A stretch of DNA of 64,000 nt from Nanobdellota archaeon (GTDB lineage Archaea > Nanobdellota > Nanobdellia > UBA10117 > ARS21), in NCBI GenBank assembly GCA_014239585.1, contig JAAZYP010000001.1, forward strand, positions 111,421 through 175,420. Reading direction: 5' to 3'. Each line of letters starts with the position of its first letter. The first letter of the stretch is position 1. The notes below the pieces were generated by a model that was not told the origin of the DNA, searched no databases, and saw only the letters and a program-made list of their open reading frames with translations. The position numbers and the translations under genes were made by a program. This document shows, in pieces, positions 1 to 9,552 of this stretch.

Positions 1-174
1 GTCTTCACTTCGTATAGTCATTCTACCTTTATATGATGCGAATTTAATTGATTTTTTAGAAAGTTCTTTACCATAATTTTCCAAAATTTCTTTTAATTTC
101 TTTTTAAATGAATCTGAAACTCGTTCAGCACCAACTGATTTTGCAATTTTTTCTGTATCACTTAATGACACCAT
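1..174 (-). CDS. archaeal histone (histone-fold protein), 5' partial: gene starts at 174 and runs off the window start
   Basis: Minus-strand ORF starting at ATG 174..172 translates MVSLSDTEKIAKSVGAERVSDSFKKKLKEILENYGKELSKKSIKFASYKGRMTIRSED. The AERVSD...RKTI..ED pattern matches HMf-type histone fold. Not in the ORF track because truncated. Confidence 0.6.
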   Translation of the reverse strand, partial: MVSLSDTEKIAKSVGAERVSDSFKKKLKEILENYGKELSKKSIKFASYKGRMTIRSED

Positions 175-204
175 GACTATTATTTAATTACAAACTATAA
201 AAAA

Positions 205-1302
205 CTACCAATTTATTTTGTATCGAAGTATGGCTCCGATTCCACCCAATCCGTCAAGAGTTTGACCTTCGCGACTAATTGAACTGATAATTATCCATTC
301 TCCTCGCTGAGATTCAATTAAATCAGCAAATTTTTCGATTGTATCTTCATCTTTTGAATCAGAAATTAACATTAATTCTACTGCACCCATTTCTGAAGCT
401 TTTTTCACATTTTCATCACCGTATGCTGCAAGATCCGGAGTTTTACCTAAAATATTGAAAAATCGATCTGTTGCTTTTTTTTCACGAATCATAGATTCTT
501 CCGCTAAAATTTCTTTAGATTTGTCCAATACTTCAGCAATACCTTGTTCACCAGAATATCCAACGTCGACAACTGCGATAACATTCTTTTTTATATCTTG
601 ATTTAAGAAATTCTCATTATGAAATTCTTCTTTAGATGGTCCGGGACCACCAATAATAATTCCCTTTAATTTGATAACATTTGAATCAAATTCCAGGTTT
701 ACTACGTCTGCTACTTTTTGATAAAATGCTCGCGCTAAACCTTCTCGTACTCGTGCAAATCTTGCCGCAGATTGACCACCCGCCTTATATTTTCCAGGAA
801 CAGCAGAAGTTTCACTATATATAACGCTAACAGTTTTCCCTTTCAAAATTGCAACTTGTGCCTCTCGACGATCTAAGATAACAATACCGTACGCATCATA
901 AACCTCGATCATTTCAGTTAACGGTTCTAATAAAAATGTTTGATCACAACGATATTTACGTACTGACATTTTTTCAGGTGGTTCAATACCCCAAAAGTTA
1001 ACATCACTTATACCTTCTTTTCCCGATACATTTCCTGCAAACGCAGCAAGACCATTCTTAGGTGTTTTAGGATATGCTTTTAATCCTCTTAACATTTTTT
1101 CAAGAGCATTTGAAACATTTTTTCGCGTAGATGAAGATTTAATATTTCGAGATAAACTTAATTCACCAGAAAGTTGATTTATAACTTTTTGAAGATCATA
1201 ACCTTCGGGAACATAAACTGAAACCAATTCGGTATGTCTCGCTCTATATTTAGAAAGTTCTTTCAATTTTTTTCTTAAAGCGAATCGTTCTTTATCATCC
1301 AT
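205..1302 (-). CDS. prf1: peptide chain release factor aRF1
   Basis: NIKS motif (SRNIKSS) and GGQ motif (KAGGQSAARF) in a 365-aa ORF; eRF1 domain order. Confidence 0.85.
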   Translation of the reverse strand: MDDKERFALRKKLKELSKYRARHTELVSVYVPEGYDLQKVINQLSGELSLSRNIKSSSTRKNVSNALEKMLRGLKAYPKTPKNGLAAFAGNVSGKEGISDVNFWGIEPPEKMSVRKYRCDQTFLLEPLTEMIEVYDAYGIVILDRREAQVAILKGKTVSVIYSETSAVPGKYKAGGQSAARFARVREGLARAFYQKVADVVNLEFDSNVIKLKGIIIGGPGPSKEEFHNENFLNQDIKKNVIAVVDVGYSGEQGIAEVLDKSKEILAEESMIREKKATDRFFNILGKTPDLAAYGDENVKKASEMGAVELMLISDSKDEDTIEKFADLIESQRGEWIIISSISREGQTLDGLGGIGAILRYKINW

Positions 1303-1375
1303 TTATTGACTTCATAAATCGAAATTATAAGGCTTTTGTTCAAAACAATTTTATATCACACAGACCTAGTTCAAT

Positions 1376-1945
1376 ATGAGACATATTCGTTTTGAAATAT
1401 TTATCGATAAGGCTGTACCGTATGCATTAATGTTTATTTTAGCACATTTAGTCTTAACTATATTTTTTTCAGAAGTAATACACCGATACGAAGATTTAAT
1501 AATCTTTTTAGAATTTTTTCTAATTACATTTGTGCTGGGATTTGATTTAATTTTTAAATATCGAAGATCAGTAAATAAAAAATATTTTTTCAAACACCAT
1601 TGGTTGGAAATCATTGCAGTATTACCATTTATGTTAGTATTTAGATTATTTGAAGAAGCATATTTGATCTCCAGACTAGTTCCTGTTGAAACTTCAGTAG
1701 CATCAACACAAATGGTTTTACACGATATTAAAGGAATTAGCGAAGGTACGCGAATCGTAAAAGAAGCAGAACTTGCAGGAAGAGCGAGTCGAGTTGGAAG
1801 ATTTAGTAGACTTACACGTATTCCAGCATTTATTCGAGGAGCCATATTTTTTGAACACCCGTTAACTAAAAATAATAAAAAACATCATAAAATACATTAC
1901 GCTTTCTATTCAAAACATGCAAAAAAGTTCTTAAGTGGAAATTGA
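1376..1945 (+). CDS. hypothetical multi-pass membrane protein (ion-transport-like)
   Basis: 189-aa ORF with several hydrophobic helices and a basic cytoplasmic tail. Preferred over the overlapping antisense ORF 1366..1845. Confidence 0.4.
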   Translation: MRHIRFEIFIDKAVPYALMFILAHLVLTIFFSEVIHRYEDLIIFLEFFLITFVLGFDLIFKYRRSVNKKYFFKHHWLEIIAVLPFMLVFRLFEEAYLISRLVPVETSVASTQMVLHDIKGISEGTRIVKEAELAGRASRVGRFSRLTRIPAFIRGAIFFEHPLTKNNKKHHKIHYAFYSKHAKKFLSGN

Positions 1946-4291
1946 AAGTTTTCCAGTAGATAATTTTAATTCATTAACTCGTGCAGTTCGGCATATAATT
2001 TCAGACACTTTTTGAACTGTTCCTGCATTCGGATGTCTGATTTTGAGAACATCAACAAATTCGCCAAGTTTAATTTTATTTTCTTGTTTCCATTTTCTAA
2101 TTTCAGAAATTATTTGCTTTGATAAATCACCAAGTTTTTCTGAAGAATTATCATTTTTACCTAAATTTTGGAAAGTAGTTAGATGAATACTTTTTTCTTT
2201 TCCATAAATTGTTTGATAAATTTCTTCAGTTAAGAAACATAAAAATGGTGCAAATAATTGTAATGACGTAGCTAGAACTTGATTTGCAGTCCATAATGCC
2301 GCAGATTTACTTGATTTATCATCACCATAAATTCTACCTTTAATCATTTCTAAATAAAAATCGCAAAATTCCTTTAAGAAAAATTGTTCAACAACATGTA
2401 ATGAAAATTTCGGATCATATTTATCAAAATTCTTTTCATACTCTTTAAAGGTTGAATCTAATTTTGATAAAATCCATTTATCTTCGATTTCTAATGCAGT
2501 TTTTCTAGGAACTGAAGTCATATTCATTTTTAGAAATCGTGTTGTATTCCAGAGTTTGTTCATTAATTTAATTCCCGTTCGTAATTCCTTTTCTTGGAAA
2601 GGTGCATCATCGCCTAATTTTTTTGAACCTGCAAAATATCTTATTGCATCAACATTAAATTTTTCTATCATTTTTTGAGGTTCAATAACGTTACCGACAG
2701 ATTTACTCATTTTTCGACCATTTGGATCTTGAACATGTCCGGAAATGGTAGTAGTTATCCAAGGGTTTTTTCCGGAAATTAATCTACTTTTAGCAATAGT
2801 ATAAAATAACCAAAAATTAATTATGTCGTGAGCCTGAGGTCTTAAATCAAAATTGAATAATTTTCGTTTTATAGATGGACTTTTTACTAATTCTCGATAT
2901 AATTCGGGAGTACTTGAAGAAGTGAACCAAGTATCAAATACATCAGTTTCAGGAATTAATTTTTTATTCTTCGGAAATCGACGAGGTTTATCTTTTGTTG
3001 GATCTACAGGTAGATCATATTCTTTTGCCAAATAAATTTTTCCAGTTTCATCATACCAAACAGGAATTGGAACACCAAATTTTCTTTGTCGAGCAATTGA
3101 CCAATCCCAACCCAACCCAGTTATCCAATTTTTTAATCTGACCGACATATATTTCGGATACCAATTTAATTGATTCATGCCTTTCAGGAAATCTTTCTGC
3201 AGGTCTAAGTATTTAATGTACCATTGAACTGAATTAATTATTTCAATTGGCTCTTTTGATCGTTCTCCAACTTGAACGATTTGTTTTTTCTTTACTTGAT
3301 TAATTAATAATTTCAATTTTTTTAAATCTTCAATAATTTTTTTTCTTGCTTCAATTATCGTTAACCCGTTATATTTTCCAGAAGATTTATTCATCTTACC
3401 GTCTAACGTGATTACCATCTTTAACGGAAGATTGTATTCTTTGTACCATTCAATATCTGTTTGATCTCCGAAAGTACAACACATTACTAAACCAGTACCT
3501 TTAGCTGGATCAACACGTTTGTCTGCAATTATCGGAACTTTATGGTTGTAGATAGGCGTAATTGCATTTTTACCAACTAAATTTTTAGCACGTTTATCTG
3601 ACGGATTTATCATCAGAGAAACACAACCACCCAATAATTCTGGACGAGTTGTTGCAATAGTTAAATTATCACCCGATTCAGACTTGAATTTAATTTCATT
3701 AAATATTGTATTTCTTTCAACACTCTCTAATTCTGCTTGAGCTATTGCGGTTTGGAATCTAACGTCCCATAACACTGGAGATTCTTTTCGATAGGCTCTA
3801 CCTTTTTTGTACAACTCTAAAAATGTTTTTTGAGAAATTCTTCTACTGTGGTCATCAATTGAAGAAAAAGTCAAGTCAAAATCTGCACTTAATCCCATAT
3901 CTTTCCAACCCTGAACAAAATTAGGTTTAATTTCCTTTAAGGTCTTTAAACATAATTTAATATATTTTCCTCGATCTAGTTTTTTAGCAGAAACACCTTT
4001 AACTTTTTGAATTAATTTTTCCGTTGCAAGACCATTATCATCAGTTCCAAAAGGATAGAATACATTCATGCCCTTCATTCGTTTGTATCGTGCAATGAAA
4101 TCTGTTTGTGTATAGGAGAAAGCATGTCCGATATGCATCTTACCTGAAACTGTTGGAGGAGGAGTATCGATAGAATATATCGGTTTTCTAGAAGATTCAT
4201 TAAATTTGTAAATCTTATTTCGTTCCCAATATTTTTGCCACTTCTTAGTTAGTTTGTGATTATCTGGAAGTTTACCAATATCTTTACCCAT
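1931..4291 (-). CDS. valS: valyl-tRNA synthetase (class I aaRS); Leu/Ile alternative less likely
   Basis: PPPTVSGKMHIGHAF (HIGH region with ValRS-type PPP.V.G prefix), FGTDDNGLATE (ValRS GTDHAGIATQ-like), RKMSKSVGNVIEP (KMSKS). 786 aa is short for ValRS. Confidence 0.72.
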   Translation of the reverse strand: MGKDIGKLPDNHKLTKKWQKYWERNKIYKFNESSRKPIYSIDTPPPTVSGKMHIGHAFSYTQTDFIARYKRMKGMNVFYPFGTDDNGLATEKLIQKVKGVSAKKLDRGKYIKLCLKTLKEIKPNFVQGWKDMGLSADFDLTFSSIDDHSRRISQKTFLELYKKGRAYRKESPVLWDVRFQTAIAQAELESVERNTIFNEIKFKSESGDNLTIATTRPELLGGCVSLMINPSDKRAKNLVGKNAITPIYNHKVPIIADKRVDPAKGTGLVMCCTFGDQTDIEWYKEYNLPLKMVITLDGKMNKSSGKYNGLTIIEARKKIIEDLKKLKLLINQVKKKQIVQVGERSKEPIEIINSVQWYIKYLDLQKDFLKGMNQLNWYPKYMSVRLKNWITGLGWDWSIARQRKFGVPIPVWYDETGKIYLAKEYDLPVDPTKDKPRRFPKNKKLIPETDVFDTWFTSSSTPELYRELVKSPSIKRKLFNFDLRPQAHDIINFWLFYTIAKSRLISGKNPWITTTISGHVQDPNGRKMSKSVGNVIEPQKMIEKFNVDAIRYFAGSKKLGDDAPFQEKELRTGIKLMNKLWNTTRFLKMNMTSVPRKTALEIEDKWILSKLDSTFKEYEKNFDKYDPKFSLHVVEQFFLKEFCDFYLEMIKGRIYGDDKSSKSAALWTANQVLATSLQLFAPFLCFLTEEIYQTIYGKEKSIHLTTFQNLGKNDNSSEKLGDLSKQIISEIRKWKQENKIKLGEFVDVLKIRHPNAGTVQKVSEIICRTARVNELKLSTGKLSIST

Positions 4292-4322
4292 ACTGTTCTG
4301 AGTTAAATGAAATTTAAAAAGT

Positions 4323-6194
4323 CTACTTTATCTTATATCCTGAAATATGAATTGTGTCCCAGAACCAACCTTTATCGACCTCATAAGAAACATGAAAACC
4401 GTGTTTTCTAAATCTCAAAATTAAATCGTGTCGATTTCTTAACCAATCTGGCGCCCTGAATAATTTGAATACTCGATCATAATCGATGAAATAAATCCTT
4501 CCGCGATGTACAACTCGTTTACTCAGTTCATCCAATAATTTATCTGGTTCACCAGTATAACCCAATAATCCAATTGATGTTGCACCATGAATACTCTTTA
4601 TTTTTTGATGTAAATTTGTTCTATCATCCGAATCTTCTCTAATAAATTCAATATTGTTTAATCTATGTTTCATTGCGAGTTTATGTGCATTTTTTAAATC
4701 TCCTTCTGAAACATCTGTAGCCAAAATAGTTCCATTTTCGCCAACAATTTCAGCAAGTTCTTTAGCGAGTACACCGGCACTAGCACCCATGTTTAAGATC
4801 TTACGATCTCTAAAATCTCCAAAAAATGCTAAAATATGTTTGTGCGTCCGAGGTTTTACAAAAAAGTTATATGATAATTTTCTAAAACCTGAAGACCAAT
4901 TAAGCATGCCTTCCAATATTGAGGATTTACTTTCAATACTTTTCATAAGATATAATGGAATTCCAATAAATGCAAACATCGCGCCAGTCATAATTGTTGG
5001 AATTTCAATGCCGCCCATCAAAAACATTAAGGTCAATCCGACAAAGATTGGAAGAACTTTACCGAACGGAACTCTAAATTTACGTTCACGATGGGGGTCA
5101 GTAAATCTTAAGATCGATACACTCATTACGACCATCGTATACATAAAGATTGCTAGCGGAAGAATCATTTCAAGTAGCAACTCATAACTACCCGATAATA
5201 TTATCAGTCCACTTAATATTGCTTGAAGCAAGATTGCGATGTGGGGAGTTTGAAATCGAGGATGAATTTTTCCCAACGAACTAGGTAAAAGTCCGTCTCG
5301 TGCTAATGCAAAGATTAATCTCGGTGCAGTAATAATCCATGCTGCAGCACCGCCAAAAATATTCAGAAAAATTAATCCGCTAATAATTAATGCACCAGTA
5401 CTACCCATTATAACTTCTGCAACATCAGTTAAGGGTGCACTACTACTTGCTAATACATCGTGCGGAACTGCACCTAATGCGATAGAAACAACACCAATTG
5501 CTAAAACAATTACTGCAACTGTTGCAATCATCATTACTTTAGGAATTACGTTTGCAGCATCTTTTGTCTCTTCAGCAAGATTTGCAACTGTTTCCCACCC
5601 GAAAAAAGTTTCAAGAATGTATACCATTGCTATAACTATTGATACTTTTGGAAATACATCTAAGAATTGAAGTTTTGAAACATCAAAATAATAAATTCCC
5701 CAACTCATTAATGTCCAAAGACTCATAATTGTTACAATTGAAAATATTAATAGGACTTTAACCGATAAGTCGATACCTTTGAAAGAAACAAAATTTACTA
5801 AGGCTACAATCAATAACGCGAGTATAATTTTTGTAGTGTGACTCATATCTATAAATACTGCAAGATATTCTAAACATCCAATCGAAAGCATGGCTATAGT
5901 TACATTTGCAACAATCCATGAAATCCATCCAACCATAAATCCGCCAAATTCACCAAATGCTTGTTTAGTATATTCGTAAACACCACCTGATTTTGGAAAC
6001 ATGCTTACTAACTCGGCAAAACATGCTGCAACTAATAATGCTAATATTCCAACTAAAATCCAAGATATTATTGAGGCAGGTCCTGCAATTCTTGCCGCAA
6101 TACCTGGAACAAAGAAAATTCCGGTACCAATTATTGCATTTATTGCCAAAAGTACTAAAACACTGAAAGATATGGATTTCTTTAATTCGGCCAC
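4323..6194 (-). CDS. APC-family amino-acid permease fused to a C-terminal class I SAM-methyltransferase-like domain
   Basis: Residues 1-430 have about 12 TM helices typical of APC permeases. The C-terminal 190 aa carry ILNMGASAGVLAKELA (motif I-like), ILATDVSEGD (motif II-like) and GRIYFID (Rossmann MTase pattern). Confidence 0.7.
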   Translation of the reverse strand: MAELKKSISFSVLVLLAINAIIGTGIFFVPGIAARIAGPASIISWILVGILALLVAACFAELVSMFPKSGGVYEYTKQAFGEFGGFMVGWISWIVANVTIAMLSIGCLEYLAVFIDMSHTTKIILALLIVALVNFVSFKGIDLSVKVLLIFSIVTIMSLWTLMSWGIYYFDVSKLQFLDVFPKVSIVIAMVYILETFFGWETVANLAEETKDAANVIPKVMMIATVAVIVLAIGVVSIALGAVPHDVLASSSAPLTDVAEVIMGSTGALIISGLIFLNIFGGAAAWIITAPRLIFALARDGLLPSSLGKIHPRFQTPHIAILLQAILSGLIILSGSYELLLEMILPLAIFMYTMVVMSVSILRFTDPHRERKFRVPFGKVLPIFVGLTLMFLMGGIEIPTIMTGAMFAFIGIPLYLMKSIESKSSILEGMLNWSSGFRKLSYNFFVKPRTHKHILAFFGDFRDRKILNMGASAGVLAKELAEIVGENGTILATDVSEGDLKNAHKLAMKHRLNNIEFIREDSDDRTNLHQKIKSIHGATSIGLLGYTGEPDKLLDELSKRVVHRGRIYFIDYDRVFKLFRAPDWLRNRHDLILRFRKHGFHVSYEVDKGWFWDTIHISGYKIK

Positions 6195-6279
6195 AGAATA
6201 GTATCATTGCCGCGCCTTATAACGATTTTTTATTACTGCAAAGTGAAACGTTTATAATACCTAAATATTGTGTTAGATT

Positions 6280-6717
6280 ATGGCTCCAAAGGGATCATAT
6301 GTCAGTTTAACTGAATTTGCAAAATCAATTCAAAATGCAACAGCAAAAAGATTAAACCACCAAATTGATTTAGAATCGGCAGTAGGAATGGCAGATCACA
6401 TTCTTGGATTTTTCGGATATCAAGATAGAATAATAGATAATGTTCTTACTCCTGAAGATAGAAATTTATTTTATATGTTAAATGATTACGGACTAATTCG
6501 TAGCGTTAGTGAAGAAACCACTTTATGGGACGGACGCGAATGGAGAATTCATTTTTGGTCATTAGATCATAATAAAATCTACAAAATAAATAATAAGGAA
6601 ACAACTAAACCAAAACTATCTGAATCAGAAAATACATATTCTGAAATACCCAATAATTATTGGCCAGGAATCGAAGAAGAAGATGACGATGATGACTGGT
6701 TTTTGAGAAATTTATAA
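6280..6717 (+). CDS. hypothetical protein with acidic C-terminus
   Basis: 145-aa ORF, host-like codon usage, ends EEEDDDDDWFLRNL. Confidence 0.45.
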   Translation: MAPKGSYVSLTEFAKSIQNATAKRLNHQIDLESAVGMADHILGFFGYQDRIIDNVLTPEDRNLFYMLNDYGLIRSVSEETTLWDGREWRIHFWSLDHNKIYKINNKETTKPKLSESENTYSEIPNNYWPGIEEEDDDDDWFLRNL

Positions 6718-6719
6718 AA

Positions 6720-7769
6720 TTATTTAATCATACGAATATCCATTTGCGGAAACGGAATCTCAATTTTTTCCTTGTCAAATTTTAGTTTTAGTGATTTAAT
6801 AAATTCATGTATAACTTTACTTCTACTTTCCCGATTTTTGACTCTCAAACTTACTGTAAAAGTTATAGCATTATCTCCAAATTCTCTAAATCTGAATGAG
6901 GGTTCATACTCTTTAATCGTTCCTTCAACCGATTTTTGTATTTTTTTAGCCACAGAAGTTGCAATTTTTTCCACTTTAGTTAAATCAGAATTATATGCTA
7001 CTCCGCATGAAACCATTGTCGTCATTTCACGCTTAGGAGAATTGTAATTTCTAAATACAGATTCTGCAATTTTGGAATTTGGCAAAATTAAATAATTATG
7101 ATCCCAAGTTCTTAAGCGAGTAGTACGCCATCCGATATCCACAACATATCCTGCGGTTTTAGAATCAAGTTCAATATAATCACCCAATTTCATAGGTCTA
7201 TCAGCAGTGATATAAATTGCAGATAAAAAATTTGAAAGTGTATCCTTTAATGCCATTGCTACTGCAATACCTGCGATACCCAATCCTGCAAGAAGAGGAG
7301 TTATCTCAATTCCAAATTGTTTCAGTATTATTGATAATGCAACAAGATATACGGTAAAATTAATTAATTTACGTACGAAATTGAATAGTGTATCATCAAT
7401 TTTTCTATGCATCTTTTCTTTGAGTTCGTAAGTGTATATTTCAAAACCAGATTTAATAATTCGGGAAACAAGAAAAGTTATTGCGATAATCCACAAAATC
7501 GAGAATATTTGAAGTATGGTAACTGCACCAACGGAAAAATTAGGTTGATAAAATTTTACTGCTAAAAAAAACCCGAAAGTAATAATTAAAATCTGGATTG
7601 GTAATCTAATATTTTTAACCAATATTTCATCAATTTTTGTTTTTGTATTTGAAGTGAATACTGAAATGACTTTCAAAACTCGTCGCATTAATAATGCAAT
7701 AATTATTGAAGTAATACTTATTCCAATTGCAACGGATTTAGGATCAAATTGATTTAATGATTCAAACAT
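6720..7769 (-). CDS. mscS: small-conductance mechanosensitive channel (MscS family)
   Basis: Three N-terminal TM helices followed by MscS beta-domain-like region (GDYIELDSKTAGYVVDIGWRTTRLRTWD). Confidence 0.75.
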   Translation of the reverse strand: MFESLNQFDPKSVAIGISITSIIIALLMRRVLKVISVFTSNTKTKIDEILVKNIRLPIQILIITFGFFLAVKFYQPNFSVGAVTILQIFSILWIIAITFLVSRIIKSGFEIYTYELKEKMHRKIDDTLFNFVRKLINFTVYLVALSIILKQFGIEITPLLAGLGIAGIAVAMALKDTLSNFLSAIYITADRPMKLGDYIELDSKTAGYVVDIGWRTTRLRTWDHNYLILPNSKIAESVFRNYNSPKREMTTMVSCGVAYNSDLTKVEKIATSVAKKIQKSVEGTIKEYEPSFRFREFGDNAITFTVSLRVKNRESRSKVIHEFIKSLKLKFDKEKIEIPFPQMDIRMIK

Positions 7770-7820
7770 ATTATTTATTCAGAAGTAAGCGTTTAATAAA
7801 TCTTTCATTCCAAAATTGAA

Positions 7821-7894
7821 TGGTCCAGGCAGGATTTGAACCTGCGACCTCACGATTATCAGTCGTGCGCGCTACCAGACTACGCCACTGGACC
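7821..7894 (-). tRNA. tRNA-Ile (anticodon GAT)
   Basis: Reverse complement folds as a cloverleaf: acceptor GGUCCAG/CUGGACC, anticodon stem CACGA/UCGUG with loop CUGAUAA, T-arm GCAGG-UUCAAAU-CCUGC. Confidence 0.9.
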
Positions 7895-8052
7895 AGTGAA
7901 ATGGATGATTATTATTCATTTATAAGGTTTTTCTGAACGCAATTTTTATAAAAAACAACATTATTAATAAATTATGAAAAGTGGTTATCTCTTTCAGCAT
8001 ATAGAATAATTTCTAGAAATACTTATTTAAACTTTAAGGGGAACAGATTAAT

Positions 8053-9552
8053 ATGAATTTAAAGCTTCTTGCCGAGACATTACAACCCGCTGAAGTAATT
8101 TTGTTAAAAGCATTATCTAAATCTAAAGTTTTAGATTCACATAATCGAATGTCAAATGTTGCATTTATGCGTGCAGCAATGTATTTGAGCAATAAAAAGT
8201 TAGTACGGATATTAAAATCTGAAAAACAAGTCATAACTTTGATGGAGAATGGCATCGATGCAGCCAAGAAATTTCTTCCTGAATTAATTCTTGCAAATGC
8301 ACTGAAAAAAGAGAGCTTAACATTCAAACGAGGAGAAAAACTTCTTGGTTCAGATAAGTTCAGATTTGCAATAGGTTATTTAAGATCAGGAAATTATGTT
8401 CGTGTTGAAAAAGGGATAATTTATCTAACTTCCGAAGGTAAAAATCTGAAAACAACCCCTGAAATGAATTTAATAAAAAAATTAAGTAAATCTGAACTAA
8501 ATTTATCAAAACTTTCCGCTGCTGAGAAAGCATCATTTTTGGCATTATCTAAACGGAAAAGAGTTATCAGTTTAGTAAAAAGAACAGAATATAATGTGAG
8601 AATTACTCCGCGCGGAGAAGAAATTCTAACTAATTTACCTAGAATCCCCGGAATTGAATTAAATTCACCTTCGGTAATAAAATCCGGAATTTGGAAATCT
8701 AAAAAATTCAGAAGATACGATGTCGAAGCACCAGTTCCCGATACTCATCTTGGAAAAAAACAACCATATATGCAATTTTTAGATGATATCCGAACAAAAA
8801 TGGTGGAACTCGGTTTCAAAGAGATGAATGGACCTCTGATTGAAACTGAATTTCATAATTTTGATGCACTTTATCAACCACAAAATCATCCGGCAAGAAC
8901 ATTTACTGACGTTTACAAATTAAAAAATCCAAAAATGGGAAAATTACCAAATAAAAAATTTGTAGATGCAGTTAAAGCTGCACATGAAACCGGAGGAAAA
9001 ACTGGATCAAAAGGATTGCAATATTCATGGAATGATAAAATTTCAAAACAATTAATGCCTAGATCTCACACTACGCCCGTTTCTGCAAGACAAATGATGA
9101 AGGGAATAGAAGTACCTGGAAAATATTTTGGAGTGGGAAGAGTATTTCGTCCAGATGTATTGGATGCAACACATTTATTGGAATTTAATCAACTCGAAGG
9201 GATTGTTATAGATAAAGATCTAAGTTTTGCAAATCTGTTGGGCATGTTAAAAAAATTCGCAATTGAAGCCGCAGGTGCAAAAAAAGTTAGATTCTTTCCA
9301 GATTATTTCCCTTTCACCGAACCAAGTGTTCAGATGGACGTATGGTCTGAAAAATTAAATAAATGGGTTGAATTTGGAGGAGCAGGAATTTTTCGTCCAG
9401 AATTAACTGAATCATTGGGAATTAAAGAGCCAGTTATCGCATGGGGATTGGGGATAGATAGAATGTTTATGCAAAAAATAGGAAGCAGAGACATTAGAGA
9501 ATTATTTGCAGATAATATTGCTTGGTTAAGAAAGCAAGGAGCGATCGAATAA
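8053..9552 (+). CDS. pheS: phenylalanyl-tRNA synthetase alpha subunit
   Basis: Class II core motifs (FRPDVLDATHLLEFNQLEG, FFPDYFPFTEPSVQMDV) and archaeal-type N-terminal extension, 499 aa. Confidence 0.85.
   Translation: MNLKLLAETLQPAEVILLKALSKSKVLDSHNRMSNVAFMRAAMYLSNKKLVRILKSEKQVITLMENGIDAAKKFLPELILANALKKESLTFKRGEKLLGSDKFRFAIGYLRSGNYVRVEKGIIYLTSEGKNLKTTPEMNLIKKLSKSELNLSKLSAAEKASFLALSKRKRVISLVKRTEYNVRITPRGEEILTNLPRIPGIELNSPSVIKSGIWKSKKFRRYDVEAPVPDTHLGKKQPYMQFLDDIRTKMVELGFKEMNGPLIETEFHNFDALYQPQNHPARTFTDVYKLKNPKMGKLPNKKFVDAVKAAHETGGKTGSKGLQYSWNDKISKQLMPRSHTTPVSARQMMKGIEVPGKYFGVGRVFRPDVLDATHLLEFNQLEGIVIDKDLSFANLLGMLKKFAIEAAGAKKVRFFPDYFPFTEPSVQMDVWSEKLNKWVEFGGAGIFRPELTESLGIKEPVIAWGLGIDRMFMQKIGSRDIRELFADNIAWLRKQGAIE

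Noticed and set aside
1366-1845. 159-aa minus-strand ORF overlapping the 189-aa plus-strand membrane-protein ORF
   Set aside because: Antisense shadow ORF. It has low-complexity composition, no motifs and lies entirely inside the better-supported plus-strand ORF.
1931-4291. Alternative call as leucyl- or isoleucyl-tRNA synthetase
   Set aside because: The PPP.V.G prefix before HIGH and the GTD..G.ATE element are ValRS hallmarks. LeuRS/IleRS have different signatures (HLGH/CTGMPI, GWDCHGLP).
4654-6207. Track ORFs 4654..5187(+), 5965..6207(-) and 6001..6201(+) inside or antisense to the permease gene
   Set aside because: They lie within or antisense to a 623-aa ORF with clear APC-transporter topology. 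They are shadow frames.
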